Shown piece after piece: positions 26,301 to 29,385 of a stretch of DNA of 29,385 nt. The notes beneath the pieces were generated by a model. The model searched no databases. It saw nothing but the letters and a program-made list of their open reading frames with translations, and was not told where the DNA came from. Positions within the stretch are counted from its first letter, which is position 1, and the number at the start of each line of letters is the position of its first letter. Source of the DNA: Methanobacteriota archaeon. GTDB lineage: Archaea > Micrarchaeota > Micrarchaeia > Anstonellales > J096. The position numbers and the translations under genes were made by a program. The stretch lies in NCBI GenBank assembly GCA_003694965.1, contig RFJG01000064.1, forward strand, positions 1-29,385. The letters are read 5' to 3'.

Positions 26301-26552
26301 TTCTCCTCTTGCTATCTCTTTTGTTATCTCAAATGCTATCTTTTCCCTATTGAGCCCAGCCTTCTCCATATTCCGTATGGCATCCGCTATCCCTTCTATT
26401 TCCAGTAATCCCTCTACTCTGCTCGCAACATCCCTCGTTATCCTTATCTCAACCTCTTCCTTTGGGTCATAGCCCTTTTTCCTCGCTTCCTCCGCATAAG
26501 CATAGGCTCTTTCCAGCTCTTTTCTCATCCTCTCAAAATAGTCCTCAATCAT
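23331..26552 (-). CDS. polC: DNA polymerase D large subunit DP2, intein-free
   Basis: EGVLVAPTEGI, YAGPIRSAGGT, FRDGTVRFD, SPHTSAG, catalytic DGDED, C-terminal Zn finger CTHC..CLKC and PIP-box-like QKGLVDFF. Confidence 0.98.
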   Translation of the reverse strand: MIEDYFERMRKELERAYAYAEEARKKGYDPKEEVEIRITRDVASRVEGLLEIEGIADAIRNMEKAGLNREKIAFEITKEIARGELIKGSREELLDKAVRVGTAILTEGVLVAPTEGIAKVSINNYNGKDYVAVYYAGPIRSAGGTVAALTVILADLARRELNIEAFKPDANEIKRVLEEIQLYDKAAARLQYFPPESHIEEVLKNSPVCIDGEPTEEVEVSVNRDHPRIKTNRVRSGVALVICEGLLQKASKVAKYAKMLSLKEWMFIKELTPVKKAEDKGAVYLDGLVIGRPVFSYPSRRGGFRVRYGRTFTTGIMGKNLHPATMVLSGNFLAYGTQLKLEKPGKGAVVASCTDIEGPIVKLKDGSVEKITTYERALEVKDDVVEIIHLGDLLISFGDFLKSNSPLLPPGYVEEIWRAEVKKAGLDIGEPASVEEAFELSKKHNIALHPIALPYWTELKKEQLLELYDYVSGSMEAIKKGKRLLELLGLEHKVVEGVVKLSKESKEILERTLLCASREELAKTIEEKDNILEVLSSISGVEIKDKGGSYVGGRMGRPEKAKLREMEGKPHVLFPTGQPQRSLSKLYNTLKVKKMERLNTVEAMTYYCKKCKKEVPYLLCPLCKSMSVPLEVKKMDLPFVEMYDKCRELIGSQHEIKGVKGLMSRMKMSERLEKGFLRAKHNLYVFRDGTVRFDATDVPLTHFYAKDIGVPIEKLRELGYTKDVYGEELVSGEQIVELYPQDILVSEGMVESLINAAKFIDEMLVKLYGMEPYYNIEDKEGLIGKLVISLSPHTSAGNLARIIGFTQARVGYAHPYLICARRRNADGDEDAIMLLLDGLINFSKEYLYVSRGGTMDSPLILNAKINPKEVDDEVHVMEIVSEYPYELYEKAWKGEMAYNVKMELVESLLDKENPYQGIGFTHKGAYLQLGPLQSTYTRLKSIPEKIEAEVDVMRKIRAVDLQDGMEKVILSHFIPDIYGNLRKFSRQKFRCTHCNEKYDRPPLRGKCLKCNGELTLTIHKGGIEKYLGRAIELADRFSLPNYLKQRLKLVEEEIASVFEDERVQQKGLVDFFS

Positions 26553-27973
26553 AGGCTTCTCACATCCACAATGGACAGCTTTTTGCTGTTGAGGTTATAC
26601 ACTGGAATGTTGCCCGGCGTTGGTATATGCCCTTGTTTTATCTGGAAAGGCGTCTGGTCTTGGAATGTGCCTGAATTGAGCATAAGGACTCCCTTATAGA
26701 GGGCTTGGCCATTCTTGTGTATGTGGCCACAATGGAAAACATGGGGCACTTTGTCCATAACCATGTAGTCTATCTCTTCTGGCACTATGGGATTTGTCCC
26801 GTATATTGGGCTGAGGTGCCTCCTCCTGAAATACTCCCTCATTATTGGCTCTACCTTATGGTATGTTAGATGTCTTATGTTAGCAACAAGAGAGTCCATA
26901 GATGTGCCGTGGTATATCAAGTGCTTAAACCCTTCTATGTGGACAACGCCAGGGTTGCCAACCAAGTAAGGCTTCTTATTGGAGAAGAAACTTTCCTTAA
27001 GGGCGGGCATCGGTTCAGCCCTCCTCACAGCGTCGTGGTTTCCCGGACTTACTACAACATCTATGTAGTCTGGCAACTCCTCCAGCAACTTGTCGAATAA
27101 CTCATACTGCCCGTATATGTCCTTGACGCTCAGCTCCTTCTCCTGACCCGGATATATTCCTATGCCGTCAACAACATCACCAGCTACGACGATGTATTTT
27201 ATTTTTCCGGCTAGCTCCTTCTTTGTTGAAGGTTCCCTTATCCAAGACATAAATCTGTTGAGCATATCCTCCAAGCAAAACCTGCTCCCAAGGTGTATGT
27301 CAGAGAGATATGCAACAGCCACATCCTTCTCTATTGTTGGGTGCACTACCCTCTCTCTGACATCTGGGAACTCCAAGTCCTCAACCAGTAGGAGTTTGTC
27401 CTTGACTTTGCAATACACTCTTATCGTGTCTTCCTTTGTTACGAGGGCTATTTTGTCCATAACTCTCTCGTCATTCTTGTTGGCAACAGCCACGGCTTTT
27501 CCAGTTAAGTCCTCCAAGGATAGTACTGTGTTGCCGCTCCTGCTCTCTCTTTTCTCGCTAACCATTGCTATTATGCTAACCTTTTCTCCATTTGCTTTTG
27601 ACAAATCCCCTATGAGCATCTCACTATACTCGCTCGTGTGGGGGCCGAAGAGGCTCCTCATCCTCTTGAACCTATTCTGAAAATACCTTACGAAATCCTT
27701 GGCACTTCCTTTTGTCCTGCTCTTCCCAGTGACATCTCTCTTGTGGTCAATTATTATGTCGCTCTCATACTCCTTAGCTACTGGTTTGTAGTGGCTCGCT
27801 CTCTTTACCTCTACTATTGGTTTTTTGATGACCTTGATGGCATTCTCTACATCGTCCTTTCTTACTATGGAGATGTCTCTCTTTTTTAGGTACTCCTCTA
27901 CCTTTGCCTTCATCTCTTCTTCGAGGTTTTGCATAGCTTCGTGAGCTTCTACATTATACCTCATCAGAGCCAC
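26549..27973 (-). CDS. polB: DNA polymerase D small subunit DP1 (3'-5' exonuclease)
   Basis: OB fold followed by calcineurin-like motifs SDIHLGS, GDVVDG, GNHD, YHG and GHIH. Overlaps polC by 4 nt. Confidence 0.97.
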   Translation of the reverse strand: MALMRYNVEAHEAMQNLEEEMKAKVEEYLKKRDISIVRKDDVENAIKVIKKPIVEVKRASHYKPVAKEYESDIIIDHKRDVTGKSRTKGSAKDFVRYFQNRFKRMRSLFGPHTSEYSEMLIGDLSKANGEKVSIIAMVSEKRESRSGNTVLSLEDLTGKAVAVANKNDERVMDKIALVTKEDTIRVYCKVKDKLLLVEDLEFPDVRERVVHPTIEKDVAVAYLSDIHLGSRFCLEDMLNRFMSWIREPSTKKELAGKIKYIVVAGDVVDGIGIYPGQEKELSVKDIYGQYELFDKLLEELPDYIDVVVSPGNHDAVRRAEPMPALKESFFSNKKPYLVGNPGVVHIEGFKHLIYHGTSMDSLVANIRHLTYHKVEPIMREYFRRRHLSPIYGTNPIVPEEIDYMVMDKVPHVFHCGHIHKNGQALYKGVLMLNSGTFQDQTPFQIKQGHIPTPGNIPVYNLNSKKLSIVDVRSL

Positions 27974-27983
27974 GGCGCTTACC

Positions 27984-28235
27984 TCAGCCCTGCTTTATTG
28001 ACTCAAGAGAGGAGAGTATGTTTAACAGCTTTATCCTCATATGTGATGCTATGTTCGGGTCTTCAACTGTTTTCTCTATGGCGTAGACTGCTGCGGAAAC
28101 CCTGAGGCTCTTGTCCTCGTCTTTCTTAAGTAAGTTCTTCTTAGCTTCTTCAAGGCAGGATTTTATGTTTTTTGAGGCAAAACTATCATTCAAGGCATCA
28201 TCTATCAATAAGATAACGTTTTCAAGCTCTTCCAT
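27984..28235 (-). CDS. UPF0147 family protein
   Basis: Pattern NIK..EEA..L..S.RVSAAV..IE..EDPNIASH.R..L.ILS.LE. ATG28235 follows GGTGG and fits the promoter spacing; the alternative start is 28250. Confidence 0.82.
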   Translation of the reverse strand: MEELENVILLIDDALNDSFASKNIKSCLEEAKKNLLKKDEDKSLRVSAAVYAIEKTVEDPNIASHMRIKLLNILSSLESIKQG

Positions 28236-28268
28236 AAGACCACCAAACATAAGTTATGGGCAGTAAGC

Positions 28269-28276
28269 TTTTAATA
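28269..28276. promoter_or_regulatory. AT box between divergent genes
   Basis: TTTTAATA on + lies 20 nt before ATG28297 and reads TATTAAAA on - toward UPF0147. It lies between and partly overlaps two TAAGCTT copies (28264 and 28288). Confidence 0.4.
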
Positions 28277-28296
28277 TTGGCTGTAGATAAGCTTAT

Positions 28297-29385
28297 ATGC
28301 TGTCTAGCCGTGCTGCGTTCTTAACACTGACATTGCTCTTCTTACTAATGAGCATATTACATGCGGCTTCTGTATGTCCCTATGAGTATAAGGCATCTAT
28401 TTACTCAACTATTACACTCAACCAGAATGGAGACATGCTATCTGTTAAGCTAACAGCATTCCAGAATGCTGAGTTCAGGGATGTCCAATACCCTACTTTC
28501 CTTTTCTTGATTAGCGGCACTAGCGGCTGTAGTGAGAGCAAGCCCTGCCTCTATAAGGGCTTGGCTGATCCGTCTGGCTACTTTGTTTTCAACATAACAC
28601 AAGCAGGAGATGTTATTGGCGAGAACTTGAGCAAGGCAACATTCTCTGTTATTTATCCTTATTATAATGCGAGCAATTCCTGTAAGTTGGGAGAAGCCCT
28701 TGCTTTGACAGAGCCTTCTTCTCCTAGCCAATGGACGAGCTCTTTTTCCAACATCCCTTCTGTAGATGTAAACAATGCACTTTCTTCAATTCCTTGCATT
28801 CCAACATCTTCAATAGATAGTGGTAGCTGCCCCTCCCTTAGTTCGTGGAGGATAGCGCAGGTCATAGACCCCCAACAAGGGCCTATTGATACATCTGTTC
28901 TTGTACCTGCTCCATCAATATATACTACGAGTCCTCCAACTCCTCCAGCTTCTTCCCTTTCATTTACATCAACCTCTTCTGATTTCTTCTGGCCTTTCTT
29001 CCTTTGCACCTCTATATTTGGCATATTGTTGGCTGCTGCGTTTGCTTCTGGCCAAAACCCATTCTTTTGGTTTACATTGCAAGCAACGCGGAGGAGCACT
29101 TACAGGAGTGCAGGCATGACTTCTTTTAGGCACTTCCAAAGAGCCGGATATGCTTATGGGAAGAAAGGTTTGTGGGTAGCTCAACAATCTGCAGGGACAA
29201 CATTGGGAGCGTTAAAGACAGCTTTTGCGTGGCTTGCTGCCACTGGTAAGTTGCAGGAATGGTTGGGCGGAGAAACTAAGGACAAGGACAACGACACACA
29301 GACTGAGGAAACTTCTTCAACGAATGGGGACAAGAAGAAGACAAAAGAGACTAAACAAGGCGCCAAGTCAGGTTTTGCAACTAAA
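28297..29385 (+). CDS. Signal-peptide, single-TM membrane protein, 3'-truncated (at least 363 aa); missing from the ORF track
   Basis: Translated by hand with no stop to the window end: MLSSRAAFLTLTLLFLLMSILHA signal peptide, Cys-containing ectodomain with NIT/NLS/NAS sequons, S/T/P linker, TM FWPFFLCTSIFGILLAAAFA, then a charged tail. Confidence 0.85.
   Translation, partial: MLSSRAAFLTLTLLFLLMSILHAASVCPYEYKASIYSTITLNQNGDMLSVKLTAFQNAEFRDVQYPTFLFLISGTSGCSESKPCLYKGLADPSGYFVFNITQAGDVIGENLSKATFSVIYPYYNASNSCKLGEALALTEPSSPSQWTSSFSNIPSVDVNNALSSIPCIPTSSIDSGSCPSLSSWRIAQVIDPQQGPIDTSVLVPAPSIYTTSPPTPPASSLSFTSTSSDFFWPFFLCTSIFGILLAAAFASGQNPFFWFTLQATRRSTYRSAGMTSFRHFQRAGYAYGKKGLWVAQQSAGTTLGALKTAFAWLAATGKLQEWLGGETKDKDNDTQTEETSSTNGDKKKTKETKQGAKSGFATK

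Noticed and set aside
1242-29366. Many short track ORFs antisense or out of frame to the long genes (e.g. 4334..4681, 17739..18278, 21091..21555, 27162..27680, 28662..29099)
   Set aside because: They lie within well-supported genes, show shadow-type composition and have no recognisable motifs.
1-29385. tRNA, rRNA or structured ncRNA genes
   Set aside because: Intergenic gaps are at most about 150 bp and show no cloverleaf, T-loop or long GC-rich stems by eye. A tRNAscan-SE or Infernal run would be needed to exclude them formally.

Overview
Gene-dense archaeal chromosomal segment with small intergenic gaps and no mobile element, RNA gene or CRISPR array detected. Archaeal origin rests on MCM, both PolD subunits, GatD and UPF0147. 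Compact proteins and giant orphan membrane proteins suggest a DPANN lineage, possibly Micrarchaeota; that assignment is inference. Housekeeping genes: presenilin-type protease, mcm, adenosine-specific kinase family protein, gatD, RsmB/NOP2 m5C methyltransferase, a PadR/ABC ATPase/COG1361/two-permease operon, and UPF0147-polB(DP1)-polC(DP2). Two edge genes were corrected from the ORF track: the first ORF is open from base 3, and a signal-peptide ORF from 28297 runs off the right end and is absent from the track. Main leads: (1) two large signal-peptide, single-TM proteins (6969..12281 and 28297..>29385) with a similar Cys-TM-AAF(Y)AxG segment, plus a 1289-aa C-terminally anchored coiled-coil surface protein, together a candidate envelope or host-contact system; (2) a degenerate GGDEF-like palm domain in an archaeon; (3) a tandem winged-helix gene and 22-23 bp-period repeats directly upstream of mcm; (4) a Cys-to-Ala change at the DP2 intein insertion site.
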